Source of the DNA: Chrysomallon squamiferum
Lineage: Eukaryota > Animalia > Mollusca
DNA length: 64,000 nucleotides
Direction of reading: 5' to 3'
Assembly (NCBI GenBank): GCA_012295275.1
Contig: CM022670.1
Span: 37,076,001-37,140,000 of the forward strand
A program made the translations under genes and the position numbers. Below the pieces are notes generated by a model that was not told where the DNA came from, did no database searches, and was given only the letters and a program-made list of their open reading frames with translations. This document shows, piece by piece, positions 27,101-57,621 of the stretch (position 1 is its first letter; every line of letters begins with the position of its first letter).

Positions 27101-30100
27101 ACTTTGATCGCAGTAAGGTTCACGGTCTTGTTTGCAAACTGATAAAAGTGAAAGATGTGAAGACTGCGACTGCATTAGAGATAGCTGCCGGAAGCAAAGT
27201 AAATTTTTACAGTCTCCTGTATTCATAATTATGTAATTGTTACACATATAGGAGGCTTTTGAAGTTTACATTTTCAAGTAATAGTAATCATTTAAGCCTG
27301 ATCATAATATTTCATTATTTCATTGCAAATTACAATGAAATTTAAAAACTGAATTTAAATAATTAAACAGAATTAAATAATATCGATTTTGTGAAGGAAG
27401 ATCTGTTAAATTATGAATTTCCACTATGCTTAATATTTATTCACTTTTACAGTCTGAAATGTTGCTAAAATTCCAAATTGTTTTTCCAGCTTTACAATGT
27501 AGTGGTTGACACAGAAGTTACAGGGAAAAAACTGTTACAAAAAGGAGAACTGAAAAGACGCTACACAATTATTCCACTTAACAAAATTTCTGCTAGAAGT
27601 ATTGATGCATCCACTGTGAAAAGAGCAGAATCATTGGTTTGTACCTTTACTGACAATATCAAAAAATATTATTAAAAAGTTATTTAACTGATTGTTAGAT
27701 TTTTTAATGTTGACTTTCTCAGTTTAAAATATATTTTTCTTATTATTTTTTTTCTTTTGGTTTTTTCTTTTTAGAATGTTAATTTAAATTTTTTTATTAT
27801 TAAAATTATTTTGTTTTCCTGGTTTACATCAACTGTTCTGCAATAATGAAATCGTTTATTTTATATCTTAAAATTATGCTGTGTGTCACTGTTAAATATG
27901 TATTTAAGTTACTAACATATACCAGTATTGTTCTGGTAAAGTCAGAACTTGTTTATGCAGCTGGAATTCTCGAACAGCTCTGTCATGTAAGAATTAATAC
28001 ATTTTCTCTGTATATCTAAGGTTGGAGCAAATAATGTGAATACTGCACTGTCTCTGATTGGTTATGAGAAGGATTTGAAGACTGCCATGGAATTTGTTTT
28101 TGGATCAAGTTTTATCTGTGCTGACATGAATGCAGCTAAGAAGGTGACCTATGATGACAAGGTGATGAAGAAATCTGTTACACTGGATGGAGAATCATTT
28201 GATCCAGCTGGGACATTATCAGGAGGTAGATTCAGCAAATATTTTTTATCATGTGTTAAATATAAATACAGTGAAGATCAAACACATTTAAAAAGTTATT
28301 TATATTGCCTCTATTCATTATTTATATATCTGATCTTTAGCATGTGAATGTTTTTTAAAGACAGCTGAAACTGTTTTATTTTTATTATCTTGAGACAAAA
28401 ATCTGTTAATCCATGTTAACTGAACTAATAATTGTTTTTTTAAATATTTATTAAACCATAACAAAATAATAAAATAAATTAATCACAAAAAGGGAACATT
28501 TTAATTTTTATTTTGAAATATATAGATTGCATGATTACAAAGTTTTAAGTTTATTTTGAGTTTATGTTATTTTTATCACCAGGTGCTCGGGCTCAGACTG
28601 GTTCTATTCTGGAAAAGTTACAGGAGCTTAAAGATGTTCAAGATGAACTTCATATAAAAACTCAGAAACTGAGACAAGTGGAACAACAACTGGAAAACAT
28701 CAAAAAAATGTCTGAAAAGTTAGTTGAAAACAAGAATCACCCTCTGAAAAATATATTCAAAATGTAGAATTTCTCTTTGATTTTAAAATTTTATAGAAAA
28801 ATTGTATAGAATGCTGATTTTTGTTTACTCTCAGCTATTAGTTCATCATTTCCATGGCAGTAATAAATGGCAATTTCCACTGTTTTAACTAGTAATCAGT
28901 AATATCAGATAAAACTGCTATTCTTTTAAATTTTGACAACAATATTTTTGCCATGAAATACATTCAAGATTGTTTCTAATATATGTAAAACTTCCAAACT
29001 TTTGATATTAAAATTTATAGAGGTGTTATTTGTTTCTCAGATACACTCAGCTGAAGCAGCAGTATGAACTGAAGTGTCACGAAGCAGAGCTGGTGAAGGC
29101 CAGGCTTGAGCAGAGCAGTCACCACCAACAACTGGAGGAAATTAATACCTTACAGAAACTGATTGGTCAGTCATAGATAATATATAACAATAGCAGTAGA
29201 AACAACAAACAGGATTGGTCAGGTGTAGAAATTACATAACAGTAGCAATACAAACAACAAACAGGATTGGTCAGGTGTAGAAATTACATAACAGTAGCAA
29301 TACAAACAACAAACAGGATTGGTCAGTCATAGACATTACATAACAGTAGCAATACAAACAACAAACAGGATTGGTCAGTCATAGATATTATATAACAGTA
29401 GCAATACAAACAACAAACAGGATTGGTCAGTCGTAGAAATTACATAACAATAGCAGTAGAAACAACAAACATGATTGGTCAGTTATAGAAATTATATATC
29501 AGTAGCAGTACAAGCAACAAACAGGATTGGTCAGTCATAAAGTTATACATAACAGGAGCAGTACAAACAACAAACAGGATAATTTAAAGATATTTACTGA
29601 CTTAATTTACTTAAATGTTTTAGTGATCTTTTCAAAAAAAAAAGAAAAAAAAAGAACGTTAAAGATAATTTAAAGATACTTATTTGCTTAATTTATTTAA
29701 ATTTCTTACTGACCTTTCCAACAAAAAGGAGAAGAAATGAAAAAGAAAATTAAAAAATTTACTTCACATTGCAGAGCAGTTGAAAGAATATTGATAATGT
29801 AAAAGTATGGTCATTAATATCAAAAATCTTATTTTATTATCAGAGGAGCAAAAAGAAATATTCAAAAAGGCAGAAGAGATCCAAAAGACTTCAGCTAAAA
29901 AAGTCAGAGATCTTGAAGACAAAATAAAAAATGCCAAATCTGTCAGAGAGAATGAGCTGAAAGAGGCTGAAAACAAACTGAATAAAATAAAGAAGAAGTT
30001 GGAAGATTCCAGTAAGAAGACCAAAGAGAAACTACAGGTATTTAAATAGAAGAATAAAAGTACATTCTGTGAAGTGCTAATAATCTTAGGTATGAATGAT

Positions 30101-33100
30101 TTCAAATTTTTATTTTTATATTTTTATCAAACTGTAAACAGCCAGTGAAATGTTTTCTGGACAGAACAATGAGTGCAATCCATTTTGTCACTTTTTAATT
30201 TTTATTTTTTATATAAATAGCATTTGAGTTAAAAACTAGTGTAAAACTACTACATCCAAATAGTTATTCAGAATTTTTTTTATGATTTTTAACTGTTTTT
30301 GCAGTTATTTTGAAACAGTTTTTGTTATTGAAATTAAAATCCAAAATGATGTATATTGTAGTTTTTGTTTTTCTGTTTTATTTAAAAATCAGGAAGTTGA
30401 CAGTATCAAGCTGGAGATTGAGGAACTGAAAAAGGAAATAGTTAGTTATGAAGAACAGCTCAGTGGTGTCAGCCAGTCTATTGAGAATTATGAGAAACAG
30501 CTGAAAGACCTTGAAGAAAACACTAAAGAAACAAAGGTATTGTTTGAACATTCAGCTTGTTCATTTTCAAGACATCTTATTCTAGTTTTTGCAGATCTAA
30601 TTATTTTGCAAGCTACAGATTAAACCTGGGATTGGTGATAGTCCACTTTTCCACTAAAAAACTTGAGTAAAGAACCAAATTATTATTAACAGATACAAAT
30701 TAATATATTTCTTAATTTGATTTTCTGGTAATACAGTTATTCCAGAAGCAGGATAAATGATCAGGCATCTGTATTATCCATGAATAAATAAACATTGGAT
30801 TGATGTTGTTAAACAGCAGTCATTTCTTTTTCTTGTTTGTAGTCAGTAAACTTCTCACTGATAAAGTAAGAGTAGTGGGCTGTGTCTAGTTCAGGGGTAA
30901 AATAGATTTTATAATAGTGTTTTGTTTTTGTTTAACTGTACAGGCAGCTGTCAAAGCTGCTCAGGCAGAAGTGAACAAACAGAAAGATTTGCTGAAATCA
31001 AGGAACAAAGACATCAACGAGAAGGTCATGGAGCAGAGAGAACTCCAGAAAGAAGGAAACAAGAATGAACTTCTCATCAAGGAACTGGAACACAAGATTG
31101 CAAAACACCAAAAAGATGCCAAGGATGCAGTGAAAATGGTTTGCTTAATGCATTAGTTTTGTTTGCGTAAATGTATGATGCAAATCCAAAACATTAAACA
31201 AAATATTTATATATTAAAAAAAAAAAAAGTGACTGTAAAAATGTGGTTTTGTTTGTATGGACAGAAGTAGATAGATGCAGAAACATTTAATTGTGGACTT
31301 GAATTTTGATCTTTGTTTTATTGTATGATTTATAATTAAAAAAGTTGTATTTGTATTTGTATTTATTTTTTTGTAGGTTGAAATGATGTTGCAGAAAAAT
31401 GACTGGATTGCTGATGAGAAAAAGTATTTTGGTCAGCCTAACACAGCCTACGATTTCCAGGCGAACAACCCAAAGGAGGCTGAGCGACGCATACATAAAC
31501 TGCAAGAAACAAAAGAGAAACTTTCCAAGAATGTAAACATGAGAGCCATGAATATGCTGGGGAAGGCAGAGGAACAGGTAACTGGGAAATTGTTTTTATT
31601 TTCAAAAAGAACAAAAATAAAATGAATTAAAAAAAAAAAAAAATACAGTACAGTTATTATCGTAAAGCTTCGTTATGTTAGATTTCAGTATATAAGATAA
31701 AAACAAGTTCATTATGAGAACAAACAGGACTAATTTCATGTTGGTCAAGGCCATTAATAGTTACATACTTTTCTGTTTAAGTGCTTTAATCAGTGATGTT
31801 AGGTGATGGTGCACATGTGTTTTCTCTCAATTGTAACAACAACTACATTTGATTGACACCAAAAAATTATTAATAAAACTTCGTTTACTTATTGCAGTGG
31901 TTCTCAACTTTTGGTGGCCATTTTGTACCTCAACCGCTCAAAGATTTTGATGCCCCATTTGGCATAAAATCCAAACCAAGTTCTGAAAAATATATAAAAT
32001 AGAATGTAAATACTTCAAATAAACAGAGAAACTTATGTAAATACTTCCTTAATGTGACTTTTATGATTATTCATTTTATTTTGCATAGCATTTTTTTGGG
32101 GGGGGGGCCTTTGGCATTAATGGGTTCTGGGGAATTTCTTATTATATTCAAATTGACTGAAATAGTTGAAGCTATTTTGGTTTATGCGGGAGCCAATGTA
32201 GACAGTTTCTCAGATATTAAAACAGTTCTTTAATTTTGTCCTTGCAGTATGCTGACTTGATGAAGAAAAGAAAAACTGTTCTGCATGATAAAAACAAGAT
32301 TGCTTCTGTCATTGAGGAGTTGGATAAAAAGAAAAATGAAGCCCTGAAAAAGGCTTGGCTACAAGTAAACAAGGTACATTTGAATGATGTTGTGATATTT
32401 TTTTATCATTGTTTGCAATGATTTTCAAGGAAAATGTTTGAAATTAGTTTTAATCCATATATGAACTCGTGTATCTTTAGACTATTAATTTTTTTTTTTT
32501 TTTTAGTAATCTGATTCAGGTAAAATCAACTTTCTGAGATCTGTGACTTTCATTTTGTGTGTTTTGTAATCTGTATCATGAACAGAGATACACAGTAGTT
32601 TGAAATTTTTTTAAAGTAGGTAAATGTTCAATAAACTGACACAATTTAGTTAAACCTATAGGACCTAATAATGTGCATTTGTCTGTTTACAGATTTCCAC
32701 ATTTATTTCAGGGAGAAAATTTTATTTGTTAAAAGGCTTTACTATTTTAAAAATTCTTAATAACATTAATGTTAGAGATACTTATTACAGAACTCTCGAA
32801 AACATTTTTGTTTTCTATTTTATAATTTTCAAACAAGTTTTAATATATTAATATCTGAACTTTATCTGTTTTTAAAATCATAATTAATTAATTAGTGTTA
32901 ATTATTGCATTCGGATACTGATCCTGTTTATATTTCAGGACTTTGGTTCCATATTTTCTACTCTGTTACCTGGAACCAGTGCTAAACTCTCCCCACCTGA
33001 GGGCCTGTCTGTTCTGGAAGGGTTGGAGGTCAAAGTGGCTTTTGGGGGTGTGTGGAAGGAAACACTCAGTGAACTCAGTGGAGGTCAAAGGTAAAAATTG

Positions 33101-34133
33101 TTGATTAACTCAGTGGCTTTATGGCAGAATACTTGTTGTTTTGTGATGATTTTTTATATTTGATTCGATTCAATTATTTTATCGATATTAACAGCAGTTT
33201 CTTCAAAATATTTGAAATTTTATTTTAAACAAAGTGAAGATAACACCTTAGACTTTATTTTAATAATTTTTCCTTTTTTTTTTTCCCAACTTTTTCCATT
33301 TTATTCTCAAAAAAAAAATACCCCAAAAACAACATTTAATACAATGATCATCTTACATGAACTTCAAAATGTGAAAATGTTTCTTGGACTTATTATTCTT
33401 CTATCACTGATATGCTTTAATTTTGCTTTATAATTATTATTTCCAGGTCTCTCGTGGCATTGTCTCTTATCCTGGCCATGCTGCTCTTTAATCCAGCCCC
33501 GATATACATTCTGGACGAAGTGGACGCAGCCCTTGACCTCTCGCACACCCAGAACATTGGTCAGATGATTAAATCTCACTTCAAACACTCTCAGGTATGC
33601 AGCTTTTTGGGGTAACGTAGGAAATTTATTCTTCAAAAAAATATTTATTTATTATTATTTTTACTATTATTTCTTAATGTGAACTGAAAGTTTTGGGTTA
33701 AAGGAATTTTCTTGAATTCTATATAGAATACTGGTTTATAACACTTTTTAACAAAAGAAGGAAAAAAAAAACGGTTATTGTTTCCTCAGAAAGAAAGAAA
33801 TGAAGTAGACAAAGCTGGCGTACAGGCAACACAGTATATAAGATTGCTTACAAAGCCAGCCATAATATGAATCATTTCTAATGAAGAATTTATTATGAAA
33901 CAGTTTTAACATAACAACTTTTGGCATTTCAGTTCATTGTGGTGTCACTGAAGGATGGCATGTTTTCCAATGCCAATGTCTTGTTCAAGACAAAGTTTGT
34001 TGATGGTGTTTCCATGGTAACGAGACATGTTCAGCATAGTTCCTCGCGAAGTGTGTTGTCATCAGACAAAGAGAATGAAAGAACGGCTAAAAAGAAAATT
34101 TCTAACAAACGACTGCGCCCAGCAATAAACTGA
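20587..34133 (+). CDS. SMC2: Structural maintenance of chromosomes protein 2 (condensin subunit), ~1205 aa
   Basis: 25 phase-consistent exons: 20587-20754, 21107-21256, 21754-21915, 22255-22365, 22725-22862, 23236-23313, 23617-23679, 24257-24406, 24923-25112, 25640-25694, 26071-26191, 26464-26582, 27060-27198, 27490-27636, 28021-28225, 28583-28718, 29041-29165, 29844-30037, 30393-30536, 30944-31138, 31377-31577, 32248-32373, 32939-33090, 33447-33594, 33933-34133. Motifs: GFKSY, Walker [15 protein letters not shown], hinge [14 protein letters not shown], signature LSGGQ, Walker [19 protein letters not shown]. Confidence 0.98.
24046..24096. repeat. (CA)n microsatellite followed by degenerate (TATC)n
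   Basis: Direct reading; SMC2 intron 7. Confidence 0.93.
29161..29580 (+). repeat. 52-bp minisatellite, 8 copies, starting at the SMC2 exon 17/intron 17 junction
   Basis: Units start at 29161, 29213, 29265, 29317, 29369, 29421, 29473 and 29525; consensus GATTGGTCAGTCATAGAAATTACATAACAGTAGCAATACAAACAACAAACAG. Confidence 0.96.
29578..29730. repeat. Degenerate ~86-bp direct duplication
   Basis: gataatttaaagata.tta...cttaattta.ttaaat...tta.tga.cttt at ~29578 and ~29664. Confidence 0.7.
31895..31970 (+). mobile_element. Possible hAT (Charlie-type) MITE end fragment
   Basis: Starts CAGTGGTTCTCAACTTTT, the typical hAT-Charlie terminus; no matching opposite TIR found. Confidence 0.35.
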
Positions 34134-34768
34134 TGTTATTGCCGGGAATTTCTCACTCCATTTTCAAACTCGTCATTTAATTAGAAGTCTGAAGTAAACT
34201 TTCCACTACATACTGCCAAAATCAAAAACCCTCAATAGGGCTGTTGTCTTGAATTTCTCATTCCATTTTCAAACAGTCATCATTTAATTAGTAGTCTGAA
34301 ACAAACTTTAGATTTTCACTGTTGTAAAATAAACTGCATTGACTCGGCTGATATATTGAATTTTCAAATCTGTTTTTATTTAATTAGTAGACTGAAGTAA
34401 ATCTTTTTATTTATATTGCCACACTTCTCAGATCAACAGTTGTCTTGAATTTCTCAATCACTTTCAAACTGTCATAATTTATTTAGAAGACTGAAATAAA
34501 CTGTAAAGATTTAAACTTTATATGACTACAGGAAAAGAAACCTCGCAGAATGAGAGCCAACTGCAATTTCTTCTAATTCAAACTCGTTTAATCAGAAGAC
34601 TGAAATAAACTAAAAAAAATTAATTCATACAACAGCAGGAAAATAAAAATCACAGAAAGAGCTGTTGTCTTGACTTTTTCAACCATTTCAAACTGTTGTC
34701 ACTTAATTAGCAGACTAAAATAAAACTTTTTACTTTATAAAAATAAACCTCACAAGACTGTTGTCAGG
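34129..34768 (+). repeat. Degenerate ~100-115 bp tandem array (6 units plus a partial) in the SMC2 3'UTR
   Basis: Core TTAATTAG(A/T)AG(A/T)CTGAA(A/G)TAAAC near 34177, 34284, 34380, 34479, 34588 and 34703, each preceded by a variant of GTTGTCTTGAATTTCTCA...TTTCAAAC. Confidence 0.85.
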
Positions 34769-36590
34769 TAGTGTTTGCTTCATTTTATCTTATACTGATA
34801 CAGCAAAGCGCACACACACACACACACATTCACATATACACATCTAAGTGCTGGCATGTTTGTTTTAGTGAATCTAGGTCAGTTATGCATACTTCCAGAT
34901 TACTGAATGTATCACGTTGAACTTTGTTTTTCTTTTCTTTTTTTAAACAACTGTTTGACATAGAGTGAACATTGTACATTATTGTTTACTCTTTAGAGAT
35001 TTATGTTATCACCCAGGCTAATATCTAGATCAGTACAACTCTGAACATACTAACAATTTGTATTTTCCTTCTGTAGTATAAATTACTTTCTTGACTATAG
35101 TTTTATTGTATTGACCAGATTAGAGGTGCTGGGTACACTGATAAAATAATTGAACAAAAACCAGTATTGTGTTGTAAAATGTGTATATATATTTTTTCTT
35201 TTCTGTTTTTTTTTTTTTTCTTATATTTTTAATTTATAGTATATGTCTTTTATTATTGGACTTTTTTTTTTTTTTTTTTTATCGATGCAATGTATTTTAA
35301 TGAGAAAAAGTACTGTATTGTAAAACGTTACATACATATTTCATTTCTGTTTACGTATGTCATATTCTTTTGTTTAACTAAAACTATTTGTCTTTTGTTA
35401 TTTTTAAATCCATTCTGGCAATGTATATTAATACAAAAAAAGCCTGAGAAGGAAAAAAGCCACTTTATTGTTGATTACTTATTTTTTTTTTTTTTTTTAT
35501 TAAGAAAATTGTTCATTGTTTTTAATATTAATAAAACTGGGCTACAAATGCAATATAATTATTGCTGTGAAATTTTTGTTTTAAAACATAACTTAAAAAT
35601 GAGGTTAATAAAAATCAGTTTTCTTTATATTTAAGATAATTGTAATCTCCAGCAATTAAATCATGTTCTATATAATTTATTAAATATTCTGATCTATTGT
35701 GTAAATACTTGTTAAATGTACACATTGTCTTAAATTTGAAAACAAACTGTTGACATTAGTTTCCATACACTCATTCAAAACTCATAACACAAAAACACAC
35801 ATTCGCTATAAACACTACAGTTTTTGAAAAATGTATTAATTTTTTGAAGATTAATTCCTGTCTTGTAAGTAAATAAAAAGTTATTAGATTATTTTGTGTT
35901 GGCAGTTTTTCTTTATATCCTCCAGTTGTTAGTTTACATACGTTGCATGGTTAATTTGTTTTAGTTTGTCTTTTGTTGTATTTAAACATGAATATCAGTG
36001 TTGGCAAAGTTTCACAAATTAAAATCTTCGTTTTATTTTCATATTCGAACTTTTTTTTTTATTTATTTTTTTTAGTCATTTTTTTTCCTCCTTCATTCCA
36101 GATAGGAAAAGCTTACTTAAGAAAAAACTAAATAAAAAAAAAAAACCCATTTGTATTATATTCTAAATTTACCTGTTAAATGAACTGACTGTTTTGCATA
36201 AATTCAAGTTTAAATCGGCCACAACCAAACAAATTTTTAATTACTCCTCAGGCTAATTATATCCCTATATAATGCATGTTGATTTTGTCAAAACAAGGGT
36301 GCCATGATCTTAGAAAAGATTTTTTTGTTCAAAAATTATTATAATAAATTGCTTTTCCCTTTATTTATTTATTTATTTATTTATTTAGAGTTACAAACAA
36401 AATAATGTTTATTTCCTTTAATTTGCGTCTGAAATCAAGTTTTGGTAGAATTCCTTAACAAATACATGTGGACATAATATGAAATCGCATTGGTTTGGAA
36501 AGTCAATTCTTTTTTATAAAATATTAGATATATACATATATTCTCTGTATATTAATAACCAACAGATGAATGAATTACGTTATTATTACT

Positions 36591-36622
<32 letters not shown>

Positions 36623-37061
36623 ACACGATACTAGTAAAGAGTATTTTATGAAAGAAAAAAAAAAGAAAAAAAAAGTGATTAAATATTTGTTTTAATTGCC
36701 AAAACGAGATTTTAAGTGATTTATTTTGAAAATCGCTGTAACATAAGAAATCATTAATGATTTGTACATAAATAAAAAAAACAGGTTGACAAATACATAT
36801 TTAGAGCAAATAAACATAAAGTCTGTACAAACAAAACCCTCAAAATGATACAAAACCACATTTTTGTTGAAATTACTCAAATATATCTTAATATCTACGT
36901 TTACGTAAAGGCAATGCTGAACGAAGAGGTAAAGATGCTAAATGCTGATAAGAAAATAAAAAAACGATCATGCTACACAAGCTAGAATAGGCATTCAGTA
37001 CAATAAAATGACAATATAAATAGCTAAACCCTTCTCACTTGGCACTGTTTTAAGTTGCAGA

Positions 37062-37154
37062 ATGTCCCTCATTTTCACGATTGGTTGCGCTCGTGAATCT
37101 CGTTTCGGCCTCGTTACGAGATTTACCCTTGCAACTAATCGTGAGGATGGACAT
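37062..37154 (+). other. 93-nt imperfect inverted repeat / hairpin
   Basis: CATTTTCACGATTGGTTGC pairs with GCAACTAATCGTGAGGATG, GTGAATCTCGT pairs with ACGAGATTTAC, and ATGTC pairs with GACAT; 12-nt loop. Confidence 0.85.
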
Positions 37155-37445
37155 AGCCTCTTACTTTGACACTGTTGTTAGATGCTCACAAAATTGTTAT
37201 AGCACTTTAGTCCAAATACAGCGAACGACACCAAGCCGACATTCTCTTCTTGCTCTTTTAATTCGTGAAAATTGGAACTTTTATTTTTACAACGACGAAC
37301 CTTTTACACACTTTTTATTTTTCTCGAATTTTTTCATCTTGATCATAACGTATAATTGCAATGATTATGAAATAAAAAAGAATATGAATAATTTAACGAT
37401 GAATTCTGTTATCTTATTGGTACTTTTATTTATTTATTTATTTTA

Positions 37446-37497
<52 letters not shown>

Positions 37498-38580
37498 TTT
37501 TAAATAGTATTTCTCTACAGTTTATTAGGAAGCTGAGAAGTGATAGACACAATGTTCCTAATAATAATTTATTAACAATGAATATATAAATCATAATTTT
37601 CAGAAAAATAAAATAATTGTGATACATACGAACAAATGATCAATATAAATTATACTCTATGAATTGTCAAAATATTTACACAGTAATTATGTTACAGTAA
37701 TATTACACGATAAAAATAACCTGCAAAGCAGAACAAAGGTTATAAAGAAATGACCACACAAATAAAATAAAAAAGGAATAAAGTCTTCTAGCTGATTTAA
37801 AGTAAACAGCAGCAGTTATCTTACAGAATGTATATATAAATATTTTTTGAATATCTTCGTGAGATAAAGAATTAATATTGGGTTTATATTAAACTCTTCT
37901 CCAATTTCATATCTCGAATATATACATACTAGAATATGTCTCAAGATAAAACGATAGTTTCAAGCTCAAAAGCTGACTAAGCAAATAGGGGGACTATTAC
38001 CTCTGAAAATTTCATTTATTTTTTTATTTTTTAGGTATATTAATATAAATTTTTGAACAAGATATACACAGAAATTTTATTGTGCTGCATTCTTAACTGA
38101 AAGTAATGTTATTCGTACATTTTAATACATTTGTTTTAAGGCACATTAAAAGACAAATCCATTTCAAAATACTGAAACTGCAGCCAAAAATTATTATCAA
38201 ATCATTTTCAACTTTCATACAACACTCTCCCTGTGAAAAACAATTTTTTTTTTTAACATTAAATCTGCTGTTAATAAAAGTTAATTAAGATCATCAGATT
38301 GTACTTAACAATGTTCGTCTGCCATATTTATTAGTTTCACAAAATGTCTTCTCTGAAGCAAACACTCTGATTGTTTACAAGGTCGTCGAACTGAATTAAA
38401 ATATCCTTCTCTGTTCTATTTGGTTATTGTTTTCAGCGTAAAAAGATTGTCTTTGATGAGCAGTTAAAATCTGTTAACAGCTCGAGAAATTCAGGTTATC
38501 AGAAAGGGATATTTGAGATTCCAGTCGCTGCCGCATTCTGTATATATGTTACATTAATAATGTTTTTATGTCATTTACGT

Positions 38581-55654
<17,074 letters not shown>

Positions 55655-57512
55655 TTTCCCCAAAACCTCTTTTCAAAACCTCAGAATCCAAAAATATAGT
55701 CAATAAAACATATGTAACTATGGAATACGTCCCGAACGTGGGTGCGTTGTACACGCCCTGGATACAAAGATACAACTTCGATGAAGCAAAGCAGACGGCA
55801 TTTGTTGACGAATTTAGTCAAGTCTCGTCTGCGAAATTCAGCCCCTTTGACAAACACGGTTCAAGCTCTCGCAATTTGCCCATCGTTTTTCGTGGAAGGT
55901 GTTTTGGGATGGTAGGAAATCGCAGTGCAAACAACGGTGACGATGTAAATAATGTTAGAGTCCCACGTCACGTTTTTAACAGCTGCAGACCGTGAGCTCG
56001 TGGACATTCGAAAAATTCTTTTTGCTCTGCAGATGCATCATGGATGACACGTACCAAGAAGTAACTCAATTTGGTAAAAACAGACATCTGACATAAGCAG
56101 ATTTGCAATACACGTTTTGCGTTGAAAATATACTGTTTTAACCAGTGATAGAGATTAGAGAGCAGCTTTCTAATTCTCATTTTAAATATATATATATATA
56201 TAAATAATTAAAATTAAAATATATATTTCTAATTTGGTATTAATGAATTTAAACAAAATAAATTATGAAAATACGAAGTTATGTAGAAATAAATATTGTT
56301 TTAATAAGTGTATTTAATAATTAAGAATATAAGAATATAAGAAATATCAGTTACCATATTCATATGAAAACATTTTAAAACTTGGAATGCTGTGCTATCA
56401 TGTTAGTATTTACAGTTAAGAGTTCAGGATACAATTTAATTGTTTGTGTGTCTGTCAGGATTTTTTTTTTTTTTACTAACACTAGCACTAAGATAATTTA
56501 TTTTGGAGGATAAACTCAAAAAAAAAAAAAAAAAATAGGAAAAAGACATTTACGATTATAATTACCAATCAGCCAATATTTTATTAATTACTGTATGTTT
56601 ATTGAATAATAAAAAAAAAAAAAAAAAAAGAAGAAGAAATATATGAATATATATATATATAAAATAATAAATAAATAAAAATTACTTTCGTCAGAATTCA
56701 GATATAAAGTTAAATGATGTGCTAGCATCTAGATCTGAGTTTTCTCTAATATATTTTTGTGTTTTTTTTTTTTTTAAATAAATGAAAAGAAGGAAATCAC
56801 TGAAAGTGACAGCACTGAATTTCTCTGGCCTCATTCACAGCTGGAATGAAAAACCATCACCATTCGCCGTTTTCACAAACGTTTTTATGTCTTGTTTAAA
56901 AAGACATGCAGACTGCAATCTCATTATTCGGTATTATCACATTTTGCTCTGTTCTAGCTACTTTAATTCCCCAAAGTAGGAAATGGATTAAGCTCTGACT
57001 TGCTGTATATTTCCTGCTTCATAATATTATCATCTGTTAATTTATTGTTATTATTATTATTGTTATTGTTGTTATTATTGTTTATTTATTTATTTAATTA
57101 TTATTATTATTATTATATTTATTTATTTATTTATAATTATTTTTTTTATTGATATCTAAAATCTCTATAAGTACATTTTCCAAAAACACCCACAAACACC
57201 CACATACCAACCTACACACATAAATGAAATCAAATAAAAATATAAAACATTAAAAAAAGAAAGACTAAAAAAACCCAACAAATTAAAAGCCAAACACAGG
57301 CTGTGAAAAAGATTTAAAAGTATTACAGTTGTCACAGTCTTTCAGTGTTGAGTTCTAGACTCTGCAGCATATACAGATTAACATAATGACCATCCACCTA
57401 ATACAACCTAAAATTACCCATGTTTTTACAGGCATTAGATTCCAAGCAAACAATGGGTAACCATGTTTTAATTAACATCTCAATCAAAAGATAAAGTCTT
57501 AGTTGTTTTTAA

Positions 57513-57580
57513 TATGTATGTATGTATGTATGTATATGTATATATGTATGTATGTATGTATATGTATATATGTATGTATG

Positions 57581-57620
<40 letters not shown>
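57513..57620. repeat. (TATG)n/(TATATG)n compound microsatellite
   Basis: Direct reading. Confidence 0.92.

Positions 57621-57621
<1 letters not shown>

Noticed and set aside
29161-29580. 52-bp array as a CRISPR array
   Set aside because: Units are near-identical along their full length with no unique spacers; eukaryotic intron; no cas genes
37081-37446. 121-aa ORF
   Set aside because: TTG start, spans the hairpin and AT-rich tail, no domain or splice support
55720-55995. 91-aa + strand ORF
   Set aside because: CpG-rich promoter/5'UTR zone of the SEA/EGF gene; no recognisable protein features
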